Source: a bacterium (GTDB lineage Bacteria; Patescibacteriota; Minisyncoccia; Portnoybacterales; GWB1-42-6). Taken from it: a stretch of DNA of 64,000 nt. The position numbers were made by a program, and so were the translations under genes. The notes beneath the pieces are model-generated. The model was not told where the DNA came from, searched no databases, and saw only the letters and a program-made list of their open reading frames with translations. This document shows, piece after piece, positions 9,717-19,399 of this stretch; the stretch's first letter is position 1; each line of letters starts with the position of its first letter. The stretch spans positions 11,378 through 75,377 of the forward strand of contig JAZDMV010000002.1 in the NCBI GenBank assembly GCA_043800535.1, given 5' to 3'.

Positions 9717-10463
9717 CTAGTTGCTAGTGGCTGACTTTTTAACTCTCCACTCTTTAATCTTCTTATGGTCTCCCGACAAAAGAACCTCCGGCACTTTCCA
9801 TCCCTTAAATTTTTCCGGCCTTGTGTACTGCGGGTATTCTAAATAGGTGACAACCGTCGACCGCTTACCGTCGACCGCCCTTGAATTTTTTTCTGACGGT
9901 TGTCGTTCGTCGGTAGTCGGTAGTCGGTTCGAGAAGCTTTCTTCATCTAACGACTCCTTTTTCCCCAAAACGCCCGGAATCAATCGGGACACCGCATCTA
10001 CCATTATCATAGCAGGGATTTCGCCGCCGGTTAAGACAAAGTTACCCACAGACACCTCTTCGTCGGCTATATACTCGGCCACCCGCTCATCCACCCCCTC
10101 ATACCGGCCGCATATCAATATCAGCTGGTCATATTTGGCCAGTCTCCGCGCGTCCGCCTGCGTGAATTGTTTGCCTTTGGCACTGAATAAAATTATCCGC
10201 CTCTTAATTTTTAATTTTTCATCTTTAACTTTTAACTTTTTTAAAGTCGCAACCGCTCTCCAAAGCGGTTCGACTTTAAAAATCATCCCCGGCCCACCCC
10301 CATACGGGCTGTCGTCAACGGTTTTGTGTTTATCGTCCGTCCATTGCCTGAGATCGTGCACGCTAATCTCCAGATGACGGGCTTCCTGCGCCCGCATCAA
10401 AATACTCTCCTTAAAATATGAGTCAAAAATTCTTGGGAAGATTGTAATAATGTCGAATTTCAT
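9717..10463 (-). CDS. trmD: tRNA (guanine37-N1)-methyltransferase
   Basis: DDSPYGGGPGM, CGRYEGVDER, VLTGGE, LEYPQYTRP and LLSGDH motifs. Confidence 0.97.
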   Translation of the reverse strand: MKFDIITIFPRIFDSYFKESILMRAQEARHLEISVHDLRQWTDDKHKTVDDSPYGGGPGMIFKVEPLWRAVATLKKLKVKDEKLKIKRRIILFSAKGKQFTQADARRLAKYDQLILICGRYEGVDERVAEYIADEEVSVGNFVLTGGEIPAMIMVDAVSRLIPGVLGKKESLDEESFSNRLPTTDERQPSEKNSRAVDGKRSTVVTYLEYPQYTRPEKFKGWKVPEVLLSGDHKKIKEWRVKKSATSN

Positions 10464-10525
10464 TGAAATAAACAAAAACTGCGCCATCTTTATGATAGCA
10501 CAGCTTTTGTGTAATTGCGAAAATT

Positions 10526-10855
10526 TTACAGTTGAAGTTCGTCAACCACCTGGTCAACGTTTCTGGGACCCTCGCTGGGAGTTTCCTGTCGCGGAACGCG
10601 CCCGCCTTCCGGCTCTTCAATCTTGAAGTTCACGCGGGCATTGTGTTTTGCACCAATCACCCGGAGTAAAGTTCTGATTGCGCGGGCCGTCGAACCCTGT
10701 CGGCCAATCACCTGACCCATATCCTCGGGGTTGACTTTGAGCGTCAAAAGAACGCCCATTTCATCAATCTTTCGGTCGGTTTTCGCTTCGTCAGGATGGT
10801 CAACAATGCTCTTGATGATATATTCCACGAACTCTTGGTCTATATTTTTAGCCAT
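10526..10855 (-). CDS. khpA: KH-domain RNA-binding protein
   Basis: DMGQVIGRQG GxxG loop; conserved rpsP-khpA-trmD context. Confidence 0.9.
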   Translation of the reverse strand: MAKNIDQEFVEYIIKSIVDHPDEAKTDRKIDEMGVLLTLKVNPEDMGQVIGRQGSTARAIRTLLRVIGAKHNARVNFKIEEPEGGRVPRQETPSEGPRNVDQVVDELQL

Positions 10856-10970
10856 ATCTTTCTTAAAATCAATGAGGCATTACTGATATTCGTAGTTCGA
10901 CCTTCAAAGCATACCTGCTTGAGTGCTACTACGTTATTCACTATTATCCGCCGTTGGAATAGATAAGTCA

Positions 10971-11082
10971 ACCCCGTTAGAGATTTTCAACGTTTTGCCA
11001 TTTTTCACCGAACTAAGCCGAAGGCGAGTTCGCTTGATGAGAATTGAACTACCAGGCAACTTTATTGAATCTCTAACGGGGT
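10971..11082. mobile_element. MITE-like element with 15-bp terminal inverted repeats
   Basis: ACCCCGTTAGAGATT ... AATCTCTAACGGGGT, perfect TIRs, non-coding interior. Confidence 0.7.
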
Positions 11083-11172
11083 CAAGATTTTTTGTAAACT
11101 AAAAGCCCCGACCGTTTTCGCGACAGGGCTCGTTTCTTATCAAGCTTTATAAAATTATTTCTGGGTCGGCTC

Positions 11173-11637
11173 TTACTCTTTTTGTTCCGGTTCAACCGAC
11201 TCTTCATTCTCCTCAATCGATTCTTCCTTTTTCTCTTCCTGCGCTGGCTCGACTGCAGGCTCGTTATTTTCCGCGACTGCGGCTGGCTCTGCTTCTGGCG
11301 CTTTTTCCGCCTTCGCTAAAGCTTCGGCGGACACGTCCGCTTTTGGTGTTCCGGCGGCGACACCTTCTCTCTTTTTTGGCCGCCAGGCCTTAACCTTCTC
11401 GCCCTTGATCACATCCGAACTAATCAACAAATTATTCACTGTCGGCGAGCATTTTGCGCCTTTGCTCATCCAATATAAAATCCGCTCTTGTTTAAAAGAT
11501 TTGCTTTTGAGCTTTGGATTATAAAACCCCAATTCCTCAAGGAATTTACCCTTAACGGGATTTGAGCTTTCTGTAACCACCAGCCGAAAGCTGGGATCAT
11601 TCCTCCTGCCGCGTCTTGTTAATCTTATTACTAACAT
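11173..11637 (-). CDS. rpsP: 30S ribosomal protein S16 with acidic C-terminal extension
   Basis: MLVIRLTRRG..FRLVV..EELGFYNP..W..KGA..S.TV. Confidence 0.96.
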   Translation of the reverse strand: MLVIRLTRRGRRNDPSFRLVVTESSNPVKGKFLEELGFYNPKLKSKSFKQERILYWMSKGAKCSPTVNNLLISSDVIKGEKVKAWRPKKREGVAAGTPKADVSAEALAKAEKAPEAEPAAVAENNEPAVEPAQEEKKEESIEENEESVEPEQKE

Positions 11638-11664
11638 TGTTTTTTATTGTTATCTGTTATCTAC

Positions 11665-12360
11665 CTATTGTCCATTCCATCCCTTCTTCTTCAGCCCATT
11701 TTCCGCCGCTTTTTGCTGGGCCTCCTGCTTGGAAGGCCCTTCGCCTTCGGCCACCAATTCTTCGTCCAGAAACACACCGACTTTAAAATGCTTGGAGTGG
11801 TCCGGTCCCCATTCGGCCATAACTTCATAACTTGGCGTCACGCCTACCCTTTCCTGCGACTCTTCCTGAAACTTGCTTTTGGCGTCTCGGTAGCTTCCCT
11901 GCTCCAATATCGTAGGCAGAAGGACTAAAACATTTTTATTCACAAACTCTGTTGCCTTATCCATCCCCTGGTCGTAATAAATCGCGCCGATCAACGCTTC
12001 AAGTGCGTTGGCCAAAATATAATTTCTGGCGCGTCCGTTATCTTTGGCCTCTCCGCGGCTAAGCATCACATGGCTGTTTAAGTCAAGCTCAAGAGCAATT
12101 TCGGCCAAGGTTTTTGCGTTAACCAGCGCCGCCCGCCAATTGGTCAGCTCGCCTTCAGGGTTTGGGTAATTGCGGTAAAGATATTCCGTCACCGCCAACT
12201 CCAGCACCGCGTCACCCAAAAATTCCAGCCGTTCATTTTGGCCGACGGCAAAATCTGGATTCTCGTTCAAGTATGAACGGTGCACTAAGGCCTGCTGAAG
12301 CAACTTCTCGTCGTTAAACTTGATACCGATCTTTTTCTCAAAACTTGCTAAGTCACTCAT
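11665..12360 (-). CDS. rnc: Ribonuclease III
   Basis: NERLEFLGDAVL signature and C-terminal dsRBD (GPDH, G.G.SK..A.Q.AA). Confidence 0.97.
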   Translation of the reverse strand: MSDLASFEKKIGIKFNDEKLLQQALVHRSYLNENPDFAVGQNERLEFLGDAVLELAVTEYLYRNYPNPEGELTNWRAALVNAKTLAEIALELDLNSHVMLSRGEAKDNGRARNYILANALEALIGAIYYDQGMDKATEFVNKNVLVLLPTILEQGSYRDAKSKFQEESQERVGVTPSYEVMAEWGPDHSKHFKVGVFLDEELVAEGEGPSKQEAQQKAAENGLKKKGWNGQ

Positions 12361-12366
12361 CTCTAA

Positions 12367-12470
12367 GTCAAAAATCAAAAGTCAAAAGTCAAAATTGCAG
12401 GTCAAAATTAAAAAGTATTTGAACTTTAAAACTTTTAGCTTGAACTTTTGGCTTTTGAGTTTTGAATTTT
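12367..12470. repeat. Inverted array of ~7-nt tandem repeats (TCAAAAr / TTTTGAr)
   Basis: Heptamer periodicity with mirrored halves, between nusB and rnc. Confidence 0.7.
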
Positions 12471-12476
12471 TAAAGA

Positions 12477-12914
12477 TTACTCGTCTTTCTGCGGCTCGCC
12501 GATCTCCCGATAAATCGTCCCTAAGACTCCGTTGATAAATTTGCCGCTTGACTCTCCGCCAAAACTTTTAGCCAGCTCAATGGATTCATTAATGGCGACT
12601 TTAGGCGGCACTTCTTTTCTGTCGCCAAAAAGCAGTTCATATAGCCCAAGCCGCAGGATATTTCTATCAACTATGGTTATTTGTTCAATCGGCCATTCGG
12701 GAGCAGATTTTGAAATTATTTTGTCCAATTTTACCAGATTTTCTACTACGCCTTTAACAAGCCGCTCAATAAATTCAACCGAATCCAAACCAGGGCCGAA
12801 CTCCTTGATGTTGCGGCTGATTATTTCCTTTAACTGCGAATTGTCTTTGCCGGCAAAATCCCATTCATAAAGGGACTGCATGGCAATGGAACGGGAAAGA
12901 TGTCTGTTAGCCAA
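12477..12914 (-). CDS. nusB: Transcription antitermination factor NusB
   Basis: [38 protein letters not shown]. Confidence 0.96.
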   Translation of the reverse strand: MANRHLSRSIAMQSLYEWDFAGKDNSQLKEIISRNIKEFGPGLDSVEFIERLVKGVVENLVKLDKIISKSAPEWPIEQITIVDRNILRLGLYELLFGDRKEVPPKVAINESIELAKSFGGESSGKFINGVLGTIYREIGEPQKDE

Positions 12915-12972
12915 TTTATCAATTTCCTGATTTCCAGATTGCCTAATGTCGGAAGCCAGGACATTATGATAT

Positions 12973-13251
12973 TTATTTTACGCTAAGACTTTCCATGCTC
13001 GTTTCTTTTTTCGTTTCTTTCTCCTGCTCTGCCATCTCCTTTTCCTTGTCGCGCCGCTCTTTTTTGGTCAGTTTCTTCAACACATCAATAACTTCTTTTC
13101 CTTTAAAAGTTCCACAATTTAGGCAAGTCCGGTGCGGCAGAACGCTCTTCCCACACTTCGGGCACACGCCCAAGATCTGCGCTTTTAGAGCGTGGTGCGA
13201 ACGCCTTCTGTTCCTCCGCGATTTTGTATGTCTCTGTTTCGGTACCGGCAT
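12973..13251 (-). CDS. rpmF: 50S ribosomal protein L32 (Zn-ribbon type, C-terminal extension)
   Basis: [28 protein letters not shown]. Confidence 0.95.
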   Translation of the reverse strand: MPVPKQRHTKSRRNRRRSHHALKAQILGVCPKCGKSVLPHRTCLNCGTFKGKEVIDVLKKLTKKERRDKEKEMAEQEKETKKETSMESLSVK

Positions 13252-13386
13252 ATTCTGAATTTTTGCGGTCAAATTAAAAATGACACCACAATTGTGTCAT
13301 CCCGAGCCCCGTAACTGGACGAGGCAACCTTATTTCAGAATCTCGCTTCGGGACTCTAAAATAAGACTAGAATGACTTTACTTCGC

Positions 13387-13415
13387 AGTATAGCAGACAA
13401 TTTTACTCCTGACAA
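13387..13415 (-). promoter_or_regulatory. Sigma70-type promoter upstream of the rpmF leader
   Basis: TTGTCA-N17-TATACT with TG extension on the minus strand. Confidence 0.6.
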
Positions 13416-13477
13416 GAGATGACAAAGCCCGCATAACCAAAAAGGCCAACGGGCTATTTTTTCTTACTGTCTTTTTG

Positions 13478-13750
13478 CTATCTGTTAAACCAGATCCACT
13501 TCATTCCAATAAACTCTTCGTAGTCGGGTAAAAAATCGTCATAATTCAAGTCAAGCCCCAGGCGGATGTTTTCATCTGCCAACGTAAAAATCACATCATA
13601 GCATCCGGAGCTCTTGTCAAAACGATGCCGTAATCTGGTTATTTTACCTGATATCTGATAACCATATAACTCATTTATTAGGCAATTGGGCGTAGCCGTG
13701 CAAAAATATTCTTCTTCAACCATCTTCCAAAATTCGTCTTTGGTTATCAT
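13478..13750 (-). CDS. Small hypothetical protein (SD-led)
   Basis: AAGGAGG upstream of ATG 13750 (MITKDEFW). Confidence 0.6.
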   Translation of the reverse strand: MITKDEFWKMVEEEYFCTATPNCLINELYGYQISGKITRLRHRFDKSSGCYDVIFTLADENIRLGLDLNYDDFLPDYEEFIGMKWIWFNR

Positions 13751-13814
13751 AGGCCCTCCTTTTTGAATTAAAGAACTTCGGTGCGTCAAGATATAACAAA
13801 TTTTATTCCTAAAA

Positions 13815-14519
13815 TCAACCCTTGCCTGTTTTTAAATTTTTAACAGGCCTGAAACTTCGGCGGTGAATTTTACACGGTCCGTGTTTTTTTATGGCTTCAA
13901 TATGCGATTTAGTTCCATAGCCCTTGTGCTTTTCAAATCCGTATTGCGGGTATTTTTTGGCGTAACGGCACATTATGCGGTCTCGCGTCACTTTGGCAAT
14001 AATTGAGGCGGCGGCGCAGGAAAAAATTTTTTCGTCGCCCCTGATAACTGCCTTCTGGCCGAAGGCCAGGCCGCGAATTGTAAAATTCCCGTCTAAAAGC
14101 AAATAGTCCGGTTCTGTTTTCAAACAAACTATCGCTTTTTTCATAGCCAGCTTCGTCGCCTCAAATATGTTGATCTGGTCAATTATTCTGTGCGAAACAA
14201 TGCCTACTCCCCATTTAATATCGGGATGCCTCGTCAAAATTTTATACCATTCTTCCCGCTGCCTCGCCGTCAATTTCTTTGAGTCGCGTATTGTATGAAA
14301 TAACTCCCCCTCGCCCCCTCTTAATTTAAGAGGGGGGTGGGGGGCGTTATAATTATTTACCGTGACAGACACCGCCCCTGCCACGACCGGCCCGGCCAAG
14401 GGCCCCCTCCCAGCCTCGTCCAAACCGACAACCATCTTCGCTCCTTTTCGCCACAACTGCCTCTCTTCATTAAAATTCGGAAAATTTTTAATCCTTGATC
14501 TTCGTTTTTTATTTTTCAT
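13815..14519 (-). CDS. rnhB: Ribonuclease HII with an in-frame palindromic insertion
   Basis: GLDEAGRGPLAGPV, DSKKL, AAASIIAKVTRD and HKGYGT motifs; insert at 14301-14349. Confidence 0.96.
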   Translation of the reverse strand: MKNKKRRSRIKNFPNFNEERQLWRKGAKMVVGLDEAGRGPLAGPVVAGAVSVTVNNYNAPHPPLKLRGGEGELFHTIRDSKKLTARQREEWYKILTRHPDIKWGVGIVSHRIIDQINIFEATKLAMKKAIVCLKTEPDYLLLDGNFTIRGLAFGQKAVIRGDEKIFSCAAASIIAKVTRDRIMCRYAKKYPQYGFEKHKGYGTKSHIEAIKKHGPCKIHRRSFRPVKNLKTGKG

Positions 14520-14606
14520 CTTTTTATCCTGAGTTTATCGAAGGACTATCTTTTATTTTACCACGCGGGCTTGTTTATCGCCACTAAATTTTCTATAATA
14601 GACTAT

Positions 14607-15218
14607 ATGCAAGAAACCACCCAGAGAATAAATCTAAACTGGTCCGCCGTTGAAAAGGCCCTTGCTGAAGGAACTTTTTCTGGCTATAAAATCGGCATTC
14701 TGGAAACCGAAAAGGTATTTGACGGGTTTCTGGCCGCCAAAAAAATTCCCGGCCTCACAATTGACGCAAAAATTAAATATGTGGCTGATTTTTTAAGCCG
14801 GGCCGAACAGCTAAGATACGCCCGCCAGATGTATAAAAAAATTCTGGAACAGCCGCATTTTGAAATTTCGCGCGAGGAAACCAAACAGGTTGTTTCGGCC
14901 TATTGGCAGGCAATGCTGGATCTGGAAGAAGCGCTTCAAACACTGTCCGCCTGGCAAAAAATGAATCTGCGGCTGCGCTATTTTTACGCCCAGGTCATCC
15001 GCAAAATAAAGATCATCGGAGCGGCTCTGGCCGGCTTTATACTCTTTATTTTATTCTTTAACGACACGATCCTAGGCAAAAAAATAATCATCAACATCGG
15101 CAAAAGCGTTCATTTTCTTGCTTTCACGGCCGGCCCATGGATTTTGGGAACGGTTGCCGCCGCCGTGCTTTTGTGGCTGGGCATGAAAGTGCTTGGGAAA
15201 AAAAGACCGGAATTTTGA
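14607..15218 (+). CDS. Hypothetical membrane protein (two C-terminal TM segments), probably leaderless
   Basis: TATAAT at 14594-14599 lies 7 nt before the ATG; N-terminal half resembles the protein at 44161-44682. Confidence 0.7.
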   Translation: MQETTQRINLNWSAVEKALAEGTFSGYKIGILETEKVFDGFLAAKKIPGLTIDAKIKYVADFLSRAEQLRYARQMYKKILEQPHFEISREETKQVVSAYWQAMLDLEEALQTLSAWQKMNLRLRYFYAQVIRKIKIIGAALAGFILFILFFNDTILGKKIIINIGKSVHFLAFTAGPWILGTVAAAVLLWLGMKVLGKKRPEF

Positions 15219-15221
15219 TTT

Positions 15222-15424
15222 AAAATTTAGTTTCGAGAAAATCGCCATCCAAAAATTTTGTTTTAAATTCAGGCCGAGGCGAGCGTAAAATTTGCGTGTT
15301 TATGCCTTTGGGCCCCGCAGCAGCGGGGTGCATAGCAAATTTAGTGAGACGAGGCCTAGAATTTATCAAAATTTTATGGCTGGCGAGAGCTTTTTGGCTA
15401 CTTTTTGTCGACACAAAAAGTAGC
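15222..15424. repeat. Intergenic structured repeat family A, divergent copy 3
   Basis: TTTATCAAAATTTTAT..GCGAGAGCTTTTTGGCTACTTTTT..AAAAAGTAGC end matches copies 1 and 2. Confidence 0.7.
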
Positions 15425-15541
15425 TTAATAAATAATGAAATTTACTCACTTACACCCCGTAAATCCCGCTACGCGGGACACGGCGTAAAGCCGCGAGGCG
15501 GCCACGCCGCTTTTCGCGGGGCAGGCGTCCACTATATAATA

Positions 15542-18500
15542 ATGCCTAAATTTACTCACTTACACGTTCATAGTCATTACAGTCTTCTTGACGGTCTGCC
15601 AAAGATCGACGAGCTTATTGACCATGCGCTGGCGCAGGGAATGGATTCACTTGCCTTAACAGACCACGGCTCGCTTTACGGCGCAGTTGAATTTTACAAA
15701 AAAGCCAAAGCCAAAGGGCTAAAACCGATTATCGGCTCAGAAATGTATATTGCGCCGGGCGGCATGCTTAACAAGCGATCTAGAATTGACGACAAACGCC
15801 ATCATCTTGTCGTTCTGGTTAAAGACAAAACCGGTTATGAAAATCTCGTTAAACTTACAACCAAGGCATGGCTTGAGGGATTTTATTATAAACCGCGCAT
15901 AGACAAAGAGCTCCTGCGCCGGCATTCAGGGGGTCTGGCCGCCCTTTCTGCCTGCATAGTCGGCGAAATACCTTCGGCTATCAGAAATGGTGACCCCAAA
16001 AAAGCGGAGGCGCTGGCCGAAGAATACCAGGATATTTTTGGCAAAGGAAATTTTTTCCTGGAAATAGAACATCATCCTGGAATTAAAGAACAGGAACAGG
16101 TCAATCAGGAAATCATAAAAATCGGCAAAAAATTAAAAATTCCTATTGTCGCTACCAACGACGTACATTATTTAAAGCCCGAAGACGCCGAAGCCCAGGA
16201 TATCTTGATGGCGGTCAACACCAACGCCGCGCTTGATGCGGGCGAACGCCTCTCCATGCGTTCGGACGACTTTTCACTTAAATCGCCCCAGGAAATGGCT
16301 GATTGGTTTCCGGCCACACCCGAAGCGATTGAAAACACCCAAAAAGTAACTGGTCTGTGCAATTTTGATTTTACGCTCGGCAAAATCCAGCTGCCTGAAT
16401 TTAAAGTGCCATCCGGCAAGTCCGATTTTGAATTTTTAAAAGAACTTGCCTATTCCGGCATCAGCCGGCGCTACAAACAAACTTCCAAAGAAATCCTTGA
16501 TCGTCTGGAATATGAACTTGGCGTCATCAAGCAGACCGGTTTTGCTTCTTATTTTTTGATCGTCCAGGATTTCGTCAACTGGGCAAAGGAGAATGGTATT
16601 GTTGTCGGGCCAGGCCGCGGCTCAGCTGCGGGGTCACTGGTCGCCTATCTTTTAAACGTCACCGACATTGATCCCTTAAAATACGACCTCCTGTTTGAGC
16701 GGTTTTTGAATCCCGAAAGAATTTCTATGCCTGATATTGATATGGATTTTTCCGATATCAGGCGAGGCGAAGTGATAGATTACGTACGAAAGAAATATGG
16801 AGACGACCATGTGGCGCAGATCATTACTTTTGGGACAATGGCTGCCCGCGCCGCTATCCGGGATTCGGGCCGCGCCATGGGTTATTCCTACAACTTGTGT
16901 GACCAGGTGGCAAAAACCGTGCCCTTTGTTGTCGGCCAAACGCTCGAGCGCGCGCTGCATGAATCAATTGAGCTACACCAATTATATGATTCCGACGAAC
17001 AGGTTAAAAAATTAGTTGATACGGCCATGAAGCTTGAGGGCGTGGCGCGCCATGCTTCAACCCACGCCGCCGGCGTCGTCATCACAAAGGAGCCGCTTGA
17101 AAAAACCGTGGCACTCCAGCATCCAACGCAGGACGACGCCACAATTGTTTCTCAATTTGAAATGCACGCAATTGAGGATTTGGGCCTTTTGAAAATGGAC
17201 TTTTTGGGGTTGAAAACCCTGACGCAGATCGAAAACGCCATTAATATCGTCAAAAAAACCAAAGGAGAAACAATTGATTTGCCCAACCTGCCGCTAGATG
17301 ACAAAGAAACATTTAAGCTCCTGCAGGAAGGCAAGGCCACGGGAGTTTTCCAGCTGGAATCAGGCGGAATGAAAAGAGTTCTGCGCGAACTTAAGCCGAC
17401 CGAATTTGAAGACATAATTGCTATAGTTGCGCTCTATCGCCCTGGTCCAATGGACCTTATCCCGGAATTTATTGCCCGCAAACACGGCCTTAAAAAAATT
17501 GAATACCTGCATCCTTTACTTGAAAAAATCCTCAAAAAAACCTACGGTATCTGTGTATATCAGGAACAATTGATGGAAATTGCAAAAGAACTGGCCGGTT
17601 TTTCACTCGGCGAGGCGGATGTTTTAAGAAAAGCTGTCGGCAAAAAAATCAAAAAACTGCTGGATGAACAGCGCGAAAAAATGATCCAGGGAATGACGCG
17701 CGGCGGCATTGACACAAAAACCGCCGAAAAGATCTGGGAATGGATTGAACCATTCGCCCGCTACGGCTTTAATAAATCGCATGCCACCTGCTATGCATTA
17801 ATCGGCTATCAAACCGCCTATTTGAAGGCTCGTTATCCGACAGAATTCATGGTTGCCATCATGAATTCTGACGAAGACGACATTGAACGCATCGCCTTTT
17901 TGGTCAATGAATGCAATGCAATGAAAATAGAGGTCCTGCCACCCGATATTAATGAAAGTTTGGAAAGTTTTACTGTTGTCAAAGACGGAATAATCCGTTT
18001 CGGGCTGGCTGCGATAAAAAACGTCGGGCAAAATGTCGTTGAGGCGATCGTGCGAGAACGCAAGGCCAATGACCCCTATGCTTCAATCTCGGACTTTGTC
18101 GAAAGAGTGCGAGACAAAGATCTGAATAAAAAATCCCTGGAAAGCTTGGTTAAATGCGGGGCCATGGATAAACTCGGCGAACGCGGCCAGCTGCTTTTCA
18201 ATATGGAACATATCCTCGATTTTTCACGCGAAATTTCCAAATCAAAAATCAACGGACAAAGCGGTTTATTTGACGCACTGGCGGCCGATTCAAAAATCAA
18301 CGGCCTGCCACCGCTAAAACTGCAACCCGCGCCTGAGGCCGGCAAAAAAGAAAAGTTATCATGGGAGAAAGAACTACTTGGTCTTTATGTTTCAGAACAT
18401 CCCGTCAAAGAGTATCAGGCCTATATAGATAAAACAGCGCTCACCTGCTCGAAAGTTTCTTCGCAATTTGTCGGCAAGAAATTGGCCGTTGGCGGAATTA

Positions 18501-18745
18501 TTTCTAAAATACATAAAATAATCACTAAAACTGGCAAGCCGATGCTTTTTGTCACGCTTGAAGACACAAAAGCAAAAATTGAAGTTTTGGTTTTTCCGCG
18601 AACTCTTGAACAAACCGCCACTGTCTGGCAGGAAGACAAACCAATCATCGTGACCGGCCGGATTGACGATAAGGAAGGAAATATAAAGCTGCTGTGCGAG
18701 GAAGTGCGGGAATTAAACCAAAATCATCTAAAAAACCAATACTGA
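15542..18745 (+). CDS. dnaE: DNA polymerase III alpha subunit
   Basis: PHP domain FTHLHVHSHYSLLDG, GPGRGSAAGS, PDIDMDF, YGFNKSH, C-terminal OB fold; true start MPKFTHLH. Confidence 0.98.
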   Translation: MPKFTHLHVHSHYSLLDGLPKIDELIDHALAQGMDSLALTDHGSLYGAVEFYKKAKAKGLKPIIGSEMYIAPGGMLNKRSRIDDKRHHLVVLVKDKTGYENLVKLTTKAWLEGFYYKPRIDKELLRRHSGGLAALSACIVGEIPSAIRNGDPKKAEALAEEYQDIFGKGNFFLEIEHHPGIKEQEQVNQEIIKIGKKLKIPIVATNDVHYLKPEDAEAQDILMAVNTNAALDAGERLSMRSDDFSLKSPQEMADWFPATPEAIENTQKVTGLCNFDFTLGKIQLPEFKVPSGKSDFEFLKELAYSGISRRYKQTSKEILDRLEYELGVIKQTGFASYFLIVQDFVNWAKENGIVVGPGRGSAAGSLVAYLLNVTDIDPLKYDLLFERFLNPERISMPDIDMDFSDIRRGEVIDYVRKKYGDDHVAQIITFGTMAARAAIRDSGRAMGYSYNLCDQVAKTVPFVVGQTLERALHESIELHQLYDSDEQVKKLVDTAMKLEGVARHASTHAAGVVITKEPLEKTVALQHPTQDDATIVSQFEMHAIEDLGLLKMDFLGLKTLTQIENAINIVKKTKGETIDLPNLPLDDKETFKLLQEGKATGVFQLESGGMKRVLRELKPTEFEDIIAIVALYRPGPMDLIPEFIARKHGLKKIEYLHPLLEKILKKTYGICVYQEQLMEIAKELAGFSLGEADVLRKAVGKKIKKLLDEQREKMIQGMTRGGIDTKTAEKIWEWIEPFARYGFNKSHATCYALIGYQTAYLKARYPTEFMVAIMNSDEDDIERIAFLVNECNAMKIEVLPPDINESLESFTVVKDGIIRFGLAAIKNVGQNVVEAIVRERKANDPYASISDFVERVRDKDLNKKSLESLVKCGAMDKLGERGQLLFNMEHILDFSREISKSKINGQSGLFDALAADSKINGLPPLKLQPAPEAGKKEKLSWEKELLGLYVSEHPVKEYQAYIDKTALTCSKVSSQFVGKKLAVGGIISKIHKIITKTGKPMLFVTLEDTKAKIEVLVFPRTLEQTATVWQEDKPIIVTGRIDDKEGNIKLLCEEVRELNQNHLKNQY

Positions 18746-18754
18746 AACTCATTA

Positions 18755-18783
18755 TTGACAACTGCCCGGGAAACCGATATTCT
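18755..18783 (+). promoter_or_regulatory. Sigma70 promoter of the thrS leader
   Basis: TTGACA-N17-TATTCT. Confidence 0.7.
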
Positions 18784-18789
18784 TATATT

Positions 18790-18999
18790 ACAAGAGCAAT
18801 GACACGGCCTCACCAACCCTTCGACAGGCTCAGGGCAAGCCGCCCAAAAGCATGTCAGACATTGTTCTCGCAGGATACCGGCGAAATAGGCGCCAAAAGT
18901 GGTCCCGCGTAGCGGGGCAACTTGGGTGGAACCACGGGTAAAAAAATAACCCCGTCCCAAGAACTTGCTGTTTTAGCGAATTCTTGAGACGGGGTTTTT
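18790..18999 (+). promoter_or_regulatory. T-box riboswitch (Thr) with antiterminator and intrinsic terminator
   Basis: T-box motif AACTTGGGTGGAACCACGG (18919-18937); GGG-TGGAACC-ACGGG can pair with CCCGTCCC; overlapping terminator ends in GGGGTTTTT; lies upstream of thrS. Confidence 0.85.
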
Positions 19000-19005
19000 G
19001 TTGGT

Positions 19006-19230
19006 TTATGCCGAGAAAATAAAGTCGGCGCAAAAGTTACCATCGAGTGTTATCGCGCTCTGAAAGAGAATCCTGCTGCCGCATTTTTCACAACCAGAAA
19101 CCTTGCTCGGCTTAACAAGAAACGTGAACATTCTCGACCTTTCGCCAAATGGCACTTCTTCCATTTGACCCTCAATCTTGATATCCCCTCCGCAATTTAT
19201 ACAAGGAACTTTAATATAGTTTTCCATCAT
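19006..19230 (-). CDS. Small Zn-ribbon (2x CxxC) hypothetical protein
   Basis: CINC and CEKC motifs; purine-rich SD (GAAGGGAG) before the ATG. Confidence 0.55.
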   Translation of the reverse strand: MMENYIKVPCINCGGDIKIEGQMEEVPFGERSRMFTFLVKPSKVSGCEKCGSRILFQSAITLDGNFCADFIFSA

Positions 19231-19399
19231 CGCTCTCCCTTCAAACTGAATTTTATTAAAAACTTAACATTAAAATAACAATAAGTCAATTAATTTTTGG
19301 GTATTTTTTTACACCCGTTTTGTCATTCCGGCCTTGAGCCGGAATCCAGATCCTAATTTTCTGGATTCCCGCTTTCGCGTGAATGACAGAAAAAATAAA

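Noticed and set aside
15296-15541. 82-aa N-terminal extension of DnaE in the ORF track
   Set aside because: It is read-through across repeat elements; the conserved PHP domain starts at ATG 15542.
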